A stretch of 30,079 bases of DNA from Octopus sinensis (taxonomy: Eukaryota): the NCBI RefSeq assembly GCF_006345805.1, contig NW_021832680.1:1-30079 (forward strand), read 5' to 3'. A model generated the notes under the pieces. That model worked only from the letters and a program-made list of their open reading frames with translations. It made no database searches and had not been told where the DNA came from. The position numbers and the translations under genes are program-made. Shown in pieces: positions 1 through 10,524 of the stretch (its first letter is position 1; each line of letters opens with the position of its first letter).

Positions 1-187
1 CCCGAAGGCTGAACCAGGCCGTCAGTCAGATGTGGCAGTGTTCTACAGCTGGATGCCCTTCCTAACGCCAACCACTCCGAGAGTGTAGTGGGTGATTTTA
101 TGTGCCACCGACACAGGTGCCAGACGAGGCTGGCAGACGGCCACGCTCGGATGGTGATTTTTATGTGCCACCGACACAGGTGCCAGA
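1..187 (-). mobile_element. 3' UTR fragment of the second RTE family (RTE-B), window-truncated
   Basis: The reverse complement contains cccactacactctcggagtggttggcgttaggaagggcatccag, nearly identical to the UTR of the 23032-23888 element. A 34-35 bp direct repeat lies at 91-124 and 153-187. Confidence 0.75.
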
Positions 188-296
188 TATATATATAGTG
201 CGTGTGTTTTTATTGGCTAAACTGGCAAAAATGACCATTCCTAAATACAACAACATCTGTTTCAACACATGATTTCACATCAAAAATCTTGCAAAA

Positions 297-364
297 CAAA
301 TATATATATATGTAATATGTATATATATGTAATATGTGTATATATATATATATATATATATGTA

Positions 365-438
<74 letters not shown>

Positions 439-466
439 CGTAATATGTGTATATATATATATATAT
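297..466. repeat. Compound (TA)n minisatellite with a recurring gtaatatgtg unit
   Basis: Directly visible. It explains the IYIY ORFs 275..502 and 334..684. Confidence 0.95.
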
Positions 467-3400
467 CTGTGTCAGGTCTCCGCTTGGAGCTACTGGTAAC
501 ATGTAACCCAGTACAACCTGTTACATGGTCGGGTCGTTGGCGACTAAACTGGCAACCCCATCAAGATTTCTTGGTGAGGAGGGTGATTTGGACACCCAGC
601 AGGACTAAAAACAAAACCTGTCAAAGGGCAGAGGAACTCTCTCATGAGTCAATGGCCATCCAAAATCCGGAGTGGAGCCCCTAAGGCGGTTGGATTGCGC
701 CATGCGTGCCACCTTCCGGCAGCTCCTGCATCTTGGTCTACCCCCAGTCGTCTTGACTTTGTCTTGCCACTGGATCCGGTGCACCAGGACGAGAGAGTGA
801 GGCTGATCCTGCGCAAGTCACCCTCACTATAATCCAAGTCACGACATCATGACGCCATGACACCATCCCAAAGTCCTGTGGCGATGGGGAAACGGCGAAG
901 TAGCAGGTGAGGATACACTGGGAGCTGCAGTCATGAACCCACACACAGGCGGCTCAGGACATGTGGTCGCCCCTCACTGAACTGAGGCAGCAGTGGAGTC
1001 CGGCAGCCTCCTGAGTGACCGAGCAGCCCTCTTCAGGATCGCTCTGCTCGCCTCCCCAGCATGAGGACGGGGCTAGAAAAGGTTACCCTAAACATAGCCT
1101 GCCTCACCTCACCCTGGTCAGCAAACCGCGGCTGGCGGGGATCCTTTCCAAGCGGTCGAAACAAAGAAAGAAGAAAACACAAAGGTGCTCACTTTCGCAA
1201 CTTGGAAGTGAGAACTCTGCTTGACAACACCAAAGCGGACAGACAGAGAGACGAACTGCCCTGGTGGCCAGAGAACTGAGCCGATACAGTGTCGATATTG
1301 CAGCACTGAGCGAGACCCGCCTTGCGGACAAAGGCCAGCTGACAGAGACAGGCGGCAGCTACACTTTCTTTTGGAGTGGTCGCAGCAGCGAAGAGCGTCG
1401 TGAGGCTGGTGTTGGTTTTGCCATTAAGTCAACACGTGCGGGGGAAACTGGAAAGCCCCCCCGAGGGTATCAACAATCGGCTGATGAAGATGCAGCTCCC
1501 ACTTGGAAACAAGACTAGTGCGACCATCATCAGTGCTTACGCCCCCACCATGACCAACCCTGAAGAAGTTAAGGACAGGTTCTATGAGGAACTCGACTCC
1601 CTCAACACGTCAGCCCAGCCTGGGAAGCTCATCCTCCTTGGGGATTTTAACGCCCGTGTCGGGACTGACCACCAAGCCTGGCATCGCGTACTGGGAAAGC
1701 AAGGAATCGGAAAGTGCAACAGCAACGGACAGCTCCTCCTGCGTGCGTGTGCCTCTCATGATCTTACCATCGCCAACACCTTGTTCCGTCTGCCAACACG
1801 CAACAAGACATCATGGATGCATCCACGCTCCAAACACTGGCATCTGATAGATTACATCATCGTCAGGGCGAAAGACAGGCGGGACGTGAGACTGGTCAAA
1901 GCTGACTGCTGGACGGACCATCGCCTCATCATCTCCAGGATGGATTTCTACATCCGACCTAAGAGAAGACCACAGGGTCAGAAAGTGACGAGGAAGCTTA
2001 ACATCACGAAATTAAGGAACCAGCTGACTGCACAAGATCTCCAGTCACGTATGGACAGTAAGCTGTTGGACATTCGGAGTGACCAGTCCAGCATCGATGA
2101 GCAGTGGGAATCATTCAGGGACACGGTTCATTCCATCGCCCTTGAAACTCTGGGCCAAATTACAAGGAACCACCAGGACTGGTTCGACGAAAACGACCAG
2201 GAAATCCAAAAGCTCCTGGAAGAAAACGCCGTCTGCTGCGGGCTCACCAAAATGACACCACCTGCACGCAAAGAAGGCCGCTTTCAACAACATTCACAGC
2301 ACAGTCCAGGCTAAACTCCGCCTCATGCAAGACGCATGGTTAAGCGCCAAGGCGGATGAGATTCAGGATACGCAGACAAACAAGACACCAAGAAATTCTA
2401 CGAGGCGCTGAAAGCTGTCTATGGACCGCAGTTCTCCTTTGGATCAACCCCCCTGCTCAGCTCGATGGAACCTCACTCCTGACTAACAAGAGGCTGATCC
2501 TGGAGAGATGGGCGGAGCACTTCAACATCGTGCTCAACCGACCAGCCCAGATCAACGAGGAAGCCATCGCACGACTCCCCCAGGTGCCGACAAACCACGA
2601 GTTGGCTGTCCCCCTGCAGTCGGGGAAGTGAGCAGAGCCATCAAAAAAATGTCCACCGGCAAAGCTCCAGGCTCTGATGCCATCCCTGCAGAGGTGTTCA
2701 AGTCGGGAGGCCCCACCATGATCAGTCAGCTCACCAGCCTGTTCCAGTCGATGTGGGACAGGGAACAACTCCCTCAGATTTCCGGGATGCAACAATCGTC
2801 CACATTTATAAGCGGAAAGGAGATCGGCAGTCCTGCGACAACCACCGAGGTATTTCCCTCTTGTCCATAGCAGGCAAGATCCTGGCCCGGGTCCTGCTTG
2901 ACCACCTTCTGGAACACTTGGAGCAAGGCCTTCTTCCTGAGAGCCAGTGTGGCTTCCGTGCGGGTCGAGGGACCACTGACATGATATCGCCGCCCGCCAG
3001 CTCCAGGAGAAATGCATGGAGCAGCACCTTGACCTCTGCATGACCTTTGTTGACCTCACCAAGGCCTTTGATACAGTCAGTCGGGAGGGACTATGGAAGG
3101 TCATGGGAAAATTTGGTTGCCCCAGCAATTTATTGCAATTGTCCGCCAGTTCCACGACGGAATGAAGCCAGCCAAATCCTTGAGGATGGCGACATCTGAA
3201 GCCTTCCAGGTGACCAACGGAGTCAGGCAGGGCTGTGTCCTGGCCCCAACACTGTTCAGCATCATGTTCTCGGCAATGATGTCCGACGCCTTTAGGGACT
3301 GCAAGTCGGTATCAACATCAAGTACAGGACAGACGGGAAACTTTTCAACTCCAGGAGATTGCAGGCTGTCACAAAGGTGAGGGAGACAGTCGTCAGAGAC

Positions 3401-4399
3401 TTTCTCTTTGCTGACGACTGCGCCCTTAATGCAATCAAGGAGCAGGAGATGCAGCTCGAGATGGACAGGTTCTCATCAGCCTGTGACAACTTCGGTCTCA
3501 CCATCAGTGCAAGAAAACCGAAGTGATGTTTCAGCCAGCCCCCGGCAAACAATACCATGAGCCTCAGATAAGGGTGAACGGACGGATCTACGAGTGGTGG
3601 AAAACTTCACCTACCTGGGCAGCACTCTCTCCTGCAATGCCAACATAGATGCTGAAACCATCAACAGAATCTCCAAGGCAAGCAGCGCGTTTGGGAGACT
3701 GCGAAAGAAAGTCTGGGAGCGGAGAGGAATCAGCCTCAACACCAAGCTGAAAGTCTACCGGGCAGTCGTGCTTACCACTCTACTATACAGCTGCGAGATG
3801 TGGACTGCTTACCGAAGGCACGAGCGCCAGATAAACCACTTCCATCTCAGGTGTCTTCGGAATCTCCTTCACATCCGCTGGCAGGACACAAGTCCCAGAC
3901 ACGGAAGTTCTGAAGCAGGCAGATTCTCCTAGCACCATCACAATCATGCGCAAGGCCAGCTGAGATGGGCGGGCCACGTCTCCCGCATGGTCCGACACTC
4001 GCATCCCAAAAAGCTCTTCTACGGTGAACTCGGCCAGGGCAGGCGCAAAGTCGGAGGGCAGAAAAAGCGCTACAAGGATAGTCTCAAGGTCTCTCTCAAA
4101 GACTTCTCCATCGGAACAGAGACCTGGGAGACACTTGCTGCCAACCGCTCATCCTGGCGCAGCGCAATCAACCGTGGGAGCAGGGACAGCCGAGGAGGGA
4201 CGGATTCGGTCAGCGGAGCAGAAACGTCAGATGCGTAAAGTCAGAGCCGCCTGCACCAGTAGCACTGCCCCCTACACCCACTTCTGCCCACCTGTGGGAG
4301 GGCTTCCTTGCCCGGATTGGCCTCACCAGCCACCTCCGGTCTCATGGCGGCAGTTCCATCAGATGATGTCAGTTGGTCATCTTCGAACCGAAGACGAAC

Positions 4400-4416
<17 letters not shown>
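467..4416 (+). mobile_element. Near full-length RTE-clade (BovB/RTE-1-like) LINE, about 3.95 kb, antisense to the host gene
   Basis: GC-rich 5' leader, then an APE endonuclease, an RT and a C-terminal Zn-finger-like motif. The short 3' UTR has a TCTTCG-AAC-CGAAGA hairpin (4380-4394) followed by an (ATT)n tail (4400-4416). Confidence 0.95.
1061..4366 (+). pseudogene. RTE endonuclease/reverse transcriptase ORF, frameshifted as assembled
   Basis: APE motifs DIAALSETR, SAYAPT, LLGDFNARVG, WMHPRSKHWHLIDY and WTDHRL. RT motifs KAPGSD, NHRGISLLSIAGKILAR, ESQCGFR, FVDLTKAFD, GVRQGCVLAPTLF, FLFADDCAL and FTYLGS. The C-terminus CPTCGRAFLARIGLTSHLRSH is restored by adding single bases. The start codon is uncertain. 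Confidence 0.92.
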
Positions 4417-4431
<15 letters not shown>

Positions 4432-4640
4432 TATATAATATGTGTCTATATATATAATATATTAAATATATAAGTAGTGTATATATATATATAATATGTG
4501 TATTATATATATATACTATATATATATATGTGTATAATATATATAATATGTGTATATATATATATAATATGTGTATATATATATAAATATTGTGTAATAT
4601 ATATATAATATGTGTATTATTATATATATATATATATATA
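4417..4640. repeat. Compound (TA)n minisatellite with a recurring aatatgtgt unit
   Basis: Directly visible. It has the same unit type as 297-466. Confidence 0.95.
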
Positions 4641-4642
4641 AC

Positions 4643-4717
4643 CAGCATGGCTTTCGACCAAGTAGGAGCTGCCTGACCCAGCTCTTACAACATTATGACT
4701 AGGTGTTGAGACAGTTA
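4643..4717 (+). mobile_element. CR1/L2-group LINE RT fragment, piece 1
   Basis: Translates QHGFRPSRSCLTQLLQHYD*VLRQL and continues in frame at 6002 once the mariner is removed. Confidence 0.8.
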
Positions 4718-5999
4718 CGAGGGGCGTTCAATAAGTAATGCCCCTGACCCACTTCCCATAGCAGTAGAGCAACGAAACTTGGAACAGTTATTAGTCTTTT
4801 TCTACATAGGAACCACCCAGAGTTACGCATTTCTCCATCGTTTGATGCAGCTCTGAAGACCGTTTTTGTAGAAGACCCCAGCTTGGTCCTCCAACCACGA
4901 CGTGACTTCATAAATCAAGGCTGCATCATCTGGGAAATGCTTTCCTTTCACAAAACAACTTCATGGCTGGGAAGAGGTGAAAATCAGAGGGTGCAAGGTC
5001 AGGAGAGTAGGGGGGATGGGGGATGAGTTCATAGCCGCACGCCTGTGCTTCTGATCTGGCGACACGCGAGTTGTGGATCGGAGCGTTGTCCTGCAGGAGG
5101 AGGATGCCTTGCTGATCTTGCCCCGCCTCTTGATTTTGATAGCTTCTCTTAATTTCCTCAAAAGTGAGCATAATAGACTCCTGTAATTGTGGCACTCTTT
5201 GCCAGGAAATCTGTCTTCACTACTCTGTCCAGGTCCAGAAGACTGTAAGCATGACCTTGCCAGCAGAGGGCTGCACCCTTGCCTTCTTTGGAGGAGGTGA
5301 GTCACGGTGCTTCCACTGCATTGACTGGGCTTTGGTCTCTGAATCATAGTGATGGAACCAGGTTTTATCCTATGCAATCAGTTTTGAAAAATTTTGACTC
5401 ATCTTCTTGGCACATCTCCAAATTCATCTCGAGCAATCGACGCGTCTTGCTTCTGGAAAGGTGTGAGCAACCTGGAATCCATCTGGCAGATACCTTTTGC
5501 ATATGCAAATGGTCTGAATGATAGTTTCCACAGATCGGTACTAATCTTGACCTCATGGGCTATTTGGCGAATAGTTATGCGTCGATCTTCCAAAATGGCA
5601 GCCTCAACTTGACAGACAGATGCCTCATCAATGGCAGAAGGGGGCGACCAGATCTGGGAGCTGTTTCCACAGAGTTCCGACCATGTTTGAATTCACGATG
5701 CCAGTGTTTTACAAGGTCATATGATGGGGCATCATCACCATAAGTTACAATCATTTCATCAAAAGTCTCCCGTGGTGTGCGTCCTTTCAAATACAAAAAC
5801 CGGATCACTGCTCGACACTCAACATGCTCCATTTCACACTTGACTCAGTTCAAACACCTGTAAATCGGAAACCACAATTAGTTCAGAGCTGTAATTTGTC
5901 ACTTAATCTAAAGAGATATAAAGAATTGCACATGCAAAATTTCAGCTAGATCAAACAACTGCAAGTGGGTCAGGGGCATTACTTATTGAACGCCCCTCG
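4718..5999 (-). mobile_element. Complete mariner transposon, 1282 bp
   Basis: Perfect 37-bp TIRs (cgaggggcgttcaataagtaatgcccctgacccactt) at 4718-4754 and 5963-5999. The TA target site is duplicated at 4716-4717 and 6000-6001. Confidence 0.97.
4791..5832 (-). pseudogene. Mariner DD34D transposase, disrupted
   Basis: N-terminal HTH region (MEHVECRAVIRFLYLKG...PRSGRP), ARWIP, and DNAPIH-...-HPPYSPDLAPSD with 34 residues between the last two aspartates. Ends GGSYVEKD*. Several frameshifts and a stop are present. Confidence 0.93.
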
Positions 6000-6001
6000 T
6001 A

Positions 6002-6455
6002 CTCAACAACTCAAATGTGGACGTAATATACCTTGATTTTGCAAAAGCTTTTGACAAAGTGGATCATGGTATGATATGCCACAAATTGTGTGAATTCGGC
6101 ATAGCTGGAAAACTTGGAGAGTGGTTATAAGACTTTCTGAAAGATAGAAGTGAGGCAGTAGTGGCTAATGGAGCCACCTCTATGAAAACACAAATAGTGA
6201 GCGGTGTTCCACAGGGGACTGTTTTTTATAGTGGCCCTCTCAGATATGCCCTCAAGTGCCTAGATAGCCACTCTTGCAAGCTATGCAGACGATATGAAAA
6301 TCTCGCAGAAAATACAGAACCCCAGCGATGTTGCACATCTGCAGCAGGAGTTGGACTCAATTTACAGATGGGCTGAGGATAATAATATGCAGTTTAATGC
6401 TGAAAAATTCCAAACCCTGCACTACCAGCATCCAAAACTGAATATGAAACTTACT
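6002..6455 (+). mobile_element. CR1/L2-group LINE RT fragment, piece 2
   Basis: LNNSNVDVIYLDFAKAFDKVDHG, SGVPQGTV, LYADD-like region, LQQELDSIYRWAEDNNMQFNAEKFQ. Confidence 0.88.
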
Positions 6456-6460
6456 ATTAT

Positions 6461-6620
6461 AGGCGCAGGAGTGGCTGTGTGGAAAGTAGCTTGCTTACCA
6501 ACCATATGGTTCTGGGATCATTCCCACTGTGTGGCACCTTGGGCAAGTGTCTTCTACTATAGCCTCGGGCTGATCAAAGCCTTGTGTTGGATTTGGTAAA
6601 CGGAAACTGAAAGAAGCCCG

Positions 6621-6660
<40 letters not shown>

Positions 6661-6858
6661 GTGTGTCTGTGTTTGTCCCCCCAACATAGCTTGACAACCG
6701 ATGCTGATGTGTTTACGTCCCCGTAACTTAGTGTTTCGGCAAAAGAGACCGATAGAATAAGTACTAGGCTTACTAAGAATAAGTCCTGGGGTTGATTTGC
6801 TTGACTAAAGGTGGTGCTCCAGCATGGCCACAGTCAAATGACTAAAACAAGTAAAAGA
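6461..6858 (+). mobile_element. tRNA-derived SINE (family 1): head, internal (TA)/(TG) microsatellite, tail type 1
   Basis: A-box-like gtggctgtgtgg and B-box-like gggatcattccc, followed by accttgggcaag. Head and tail both recur elsewhere in the window. It interrupts the CR1-like frame. Confidence 0.8.
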
Positions 6859-7181
6859 GGGTACACTGGTCCACAAGGAATTTCAATCCCAGAGCCTAAA
6901 TCAGTGAGGGACCTGGGTATCGACATGAGTGATGATACCTCTTTCCAAGTGCACATAACCAGAATGGCGACAAAGTGCAGACGACTGGCTGGATGGATCC
7001 TGAGAACATTCAGAACCAGAATTAGGAAACCACGATGGTCCTCTGGAGGACATTCATCCTCAACCACCTGGATTACTGCTCATAGCTATGGTCACCCACC
7101 AGTGTGAAATTAACAGCGGACCTTGAAGCAATCCAGAGAAGATTCACCAAGAAGATTGTCTCTTTGCAACTGCTCAGCTAC
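6859..7181 (+). mobile_element. CR1/L2-group LINE RT fragment, piece 3
   Basis: SVRDLGIDMSDD, WILRTFRTR, LEAIQRRFTKKI are typical CR1-type C-terminal motifs. Confidence 0.85.
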
Positions 7182-8017
7182 ATGACAATAGTGGACTCTA
7201 TGGAATGCATATGTTATTCTCATTATGCTCATCTTAACTTTTTTCTTCTTGCTAAAAACATTTTAAAAATTAGCAATTCACTAAGACATAAAAGTGGAAA
7301 GATAATACAGATACTCATTGCTGAAATACATTCAGACATAACTCAGAAGCAATATCTTAAACTAAAATAATATTTCATAAATTTTCTGTTTCTTTGGTAT
7401 TTTAAAATTTTATAAATGGCCTTGACTAATTTTATTCAATATTTATATCTATACTTAAACTAATAGCTTCAATAATACTGAAGAGATATTTGTTTTAATG
7501 AGAATGCATACTTGTAACATTAACAAAGGCATGATGATTAAGGATAAATTAGGAGTTTCTGATTGAAAAACTAATAAAAAGACAACAAATTAAGCCAGAC
7601 TCTTAATTATGAATGCAGATACATAGTTCTTATCATCCCTATCACTAATCCATTTGTTGAGCTAAAGACAAAAACAATGTGAGATAGTTAACACATGTAA
7701 ATAATAAAAGAAACTGTGTCATTCTATTAATACTTTAAAGACAGATTAGCACAATTTATAGTCAATGACTAAGATATCCTCTCCTCCCTATCAAAATACT
7801 CCATTCATTGAAAGCTTTTATTTCATCGAAATAGAATTTAGGACCAAAAGATAATGTAAAATACAAACTCTGATAGGTTTTACACAAAACTTATAAATAT
7901 CTAAACATAATTTGTTCTAAGAATTAGTATGATAATGTAAAAATACTCTATTTAAAATAAAATTAATCAGAAAGAAAGTACTGTGTAACACTTTAATTTA
8001 TGAAATTAAACTATCTT

Positions 8018-8180
8018 AGGCAAAAGCATGACTGTGTGGTTATGAAGCTTGGTTTGCAGTCACATGCTTTTGGGTTCAGCCCTACAGCACAGATCTTCTA
8101 CTTTAACCCCAGTCAACCAATACTTTGTGAGTGAATTTAGTAGATAAAAACTGTGTGAAAGCTTGTTGTGTGTGCGTGCG
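8018..8180 (+). mobile_element. Degenerate SINE family 1 head
   Basis: Colinear by eye with 6461-6622 (gactgtgtggtt...gggttcagccct...tttgtgagtgaattt). Confidence 0.65.
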
Positions 8181-8422
8181 TGAATTTCTGGCTGAATTTG
8201 AACTTTGACTATAACTAATTACCACATCAAATTTTCTATTGTTATTTCCATCTTACAATTAATGAAAATAACAACTCTTAAAAATACATGGACAAACAAA
8301 AGCTATATGTGAGATATGGAAAAACTATATGGGAACCACAAAAAGATAAAAAGTTCTAGAACTCAGGCAAGAAAAATACTAAAAACTTTCTTAGAATTGA
8401 TGGCAAACTGTAATAAACATAC

Positions 8423-8534
8423 CTGTTTCTGTAATTGTTTGCAAATGTTTTAAAGTTTCTTTCACTTTTGTATAACTATCCATTTCCTCAGATATTTCCT
8501 CCTCTTCCTCGGGTGACTCTTCACTTGGGGAATC
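8423..8534 (-). CDS. FEZ2: FEZ/UNC-76 family coding exon (112 bp, phase 0 to 1): DSPSEESPEEEEEISEEMDSYTKVKETLKHLQTITET
   Basis: T-rich acceptor ending cattag, donor CAG|gtatgt and an open frame. It joins in phase after MMQ of the 14867-15019 exon, matching FEZ MMQ-ESPDPE. The invertebrate gene is co-orthologous to FEZ1/FEZ2/unc-76, so the symbol is approximate. Confidence 0.8.
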
Positions 8535-9140
8535 CTAATGACAATAGTTAAAAAAAAAATAATACTCAATTTTGGAAGAGAAAATTGAATTCCATTTAAA
8601 CAGAAAATAAAATACTTAGACCAAAAATGAATTTACTTGTATCACACTAGATTAAGAATGACACATAAGTCAACAAACTTCTATGCCTGTATGCATGTGA
8701 AGGCATCTTTATGCAGAAATCTTTGTACAATTTAGAATCTGTTATTTATATGTGTATCTCAAACACAAATAGTTACTGCCCTGCCATGAAATACCCAAAC
8801 ATTTCAATCAACTCCATTGCATCCCAAGCACCTTCTTCACAATACTGAAACACTGGCAACCCAATATCTATCTACATGAGTCTGGAGAGGGGCACTGATG
8901 GCTGATATTAGATGGTATTCAATAGTGTTATGGAATGATACTGAAAATGCGAGGTGGATGACATGGGGAGGTAATTCCAAGAAGAGGGGAAACTGTAGTA
9001 CAAAAGGGCATCATGCAACTCTGCTGTCATATAATTATTATAACAACAGCTGAGGTAGAGTTAGTTGAGTGATAAATATTGAGAAGATGTGTAGACAAAA
9101 TGATATACTTTTAATGACCTAATTTTTGCCAAGATGGTCA

Positions 9141-9518
9141 GGTCTTCTTGAGCACAGTAAATCGCCACTCATCTTGGTCTTTTGTCATCTCTTCCATGAG
9201 GTTCAACATCCTGAGATTGGTCTCTACTACTTTATTCCCTGTCTTCCTTGTTTTCCTCTTCCACAGGTTCCATCCACATTTAATGTCAAAGGCCTTCTCT
9301 GAGCCAACAAAGGTAGTGGCTTACTTTTCGCTAAATTCTCCTGAAGTTGCCTTTCTAGAAAGAAAGCATCAGTAGTGCTTCTCCATATCATAAAACTACA
9401 ACTCGGCTAGGCTAATTCTTTTCCTGATTAGTTGAAGTATAACTCTTTCTCTAACTTTCATTACCTGGTCCAGCAATTTGATACCTCTGTAATTACTTCT
9501 CTTTAAGGCATCTCCTTT
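9141..9518 (-). mobile_element. Internally deleted RTE-B fragment
   Basis: KGDALKRSNYRGIKLLDQVMK...EKAFD is joined directly to the C-terminal VDGTCGRG segment. Confidence 0.75.
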
Positions 9519-9595
9519 AATTAAAATGCTGGTGTATATACACACACCCATTATATATTTATATGTGCACATGCGTGTGTGCATGTATATATATA

Positions 9596-10343
9596 AGGTG
9601 TTCAGGTTACATTTGAAGATTTTTTTTGTTTCCTTTTCACAGGAATAGATTGATGTATTGGTGAACAGTCAACAACATTGAAGAGCATAAAGATTAAAAT
9701 TGTAGTTATGAAAATGTTAGCTGACATGGAGGATTGGGAACAATCTGGACATTGTGATGGTCTAAGGGTGTGTCTCCAGTGATGGTGATAACGTGCTGCC
9801 CCACATCTTTGAACAGGGTCTTTGGCTCCATTAAGACAGTTTTGCAAAGCTGGTGGAGACTGATCAATCCCAGGCTGGAGAGGGTTGCTGTTGGAAGGTT
9901 GTATGTATGGCAGCAGGATTCAACTCCTCACCATACCTCCAGAAAGAGTCAGAAGTGGTTGTCGGAGAATTTCTATGACTTCACCATCCTGAACTTCTGG
10001 CTTCCTAATTCCCTTGATTGTAATCCCATGGATGACTATGTGTGGGGATTGATTGAGAAAGAGACCAACCACGCTGCCTGCAACTCAAGGCTGAGCTAGT
10101 AACAAAGATCAAGGAGGTGCTTGAAGATCTTCCCAGGGATACTGTGAGGAATGTATGTGTCAGGTTCTGGAGCTGTCTTAAGGCCATGGTGAAAATTGAG
10201 CCTGGCTACTCTGAGTAAACTGTTATCGCACAAGCATAATCTGGTGGATATTTTTTGATTTTTTAAAAACATTTTAATTTTTGAATGGAATACTGTGATT
10301 TCTTTTCTTTTTATGCAAACTGTCAAATTTAGCCTGAACACTG
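9596..10343 (+). mobile_element. Internally deleted Tc1/mariner, D37D (maT-type), about 750 bp
   Basis: Degenerate TIRs (20/27 identical) at 9596-9622 and 10317-10343. WQQD(9917)...NSLDCNPMD(10031) has 37 intervening codons, followed by YVWG. Confidence 0.8.
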
Positions 10344-10369
10344 TGTGTGTATCACTAAATCCACCCGTT

Positions 10370-10524
10370 TTTTTATTCTCTGTTTATTTTCTCTTATTCC
10401 TTTCTGTTGAAGAGCACAGGCTCGAAACGTAAAAGACTTTCTCACTTTCCCGAGCATCAAACTAATACACCTGCTTGTTGTTCATACACCTGTCTTCATC
10501 TTTTGTTTTCCTGTAAATTTCAAC

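Noticed and set aside
91-187. Direct repeats here and at 23490-23730 and 29643-29914 as a CRISPR-like array
   Set aside because: Too few and too degenerate, with irregular spacing. They lie inside eukaryotic transposons and there are no cas genes.
275-684. ORFs 275..502 and 334..684, also 4241..4648 and 10407..10640 (IYIY-rich)
   Set aside because: Translations of (TA)n arrays, which lack stops by construction.
644-1060. Short ORFs in the RTE 5' leader as a possible ORF1
   Set aside because: No recognisable motif. They are overlapping short ORFs expected in GC-rich sequence.
2457-3155. 232-aa minus-strand ORF
   Set aside because: Antisense shadow of the RTE RT region with no independent features.
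6461-6560. tRNA gene
   Set aside because: Only A/B-box-like motifs of a SINE head. No cloverleaf could be folded.
7190-7260. Possible next FEZ exon after ttttag (ARRKKLR*)
   Set aside because: Stops after 7 codons and has no similarity to the expected FEZ coiled-coil block. The true next exon is probably outside the window.
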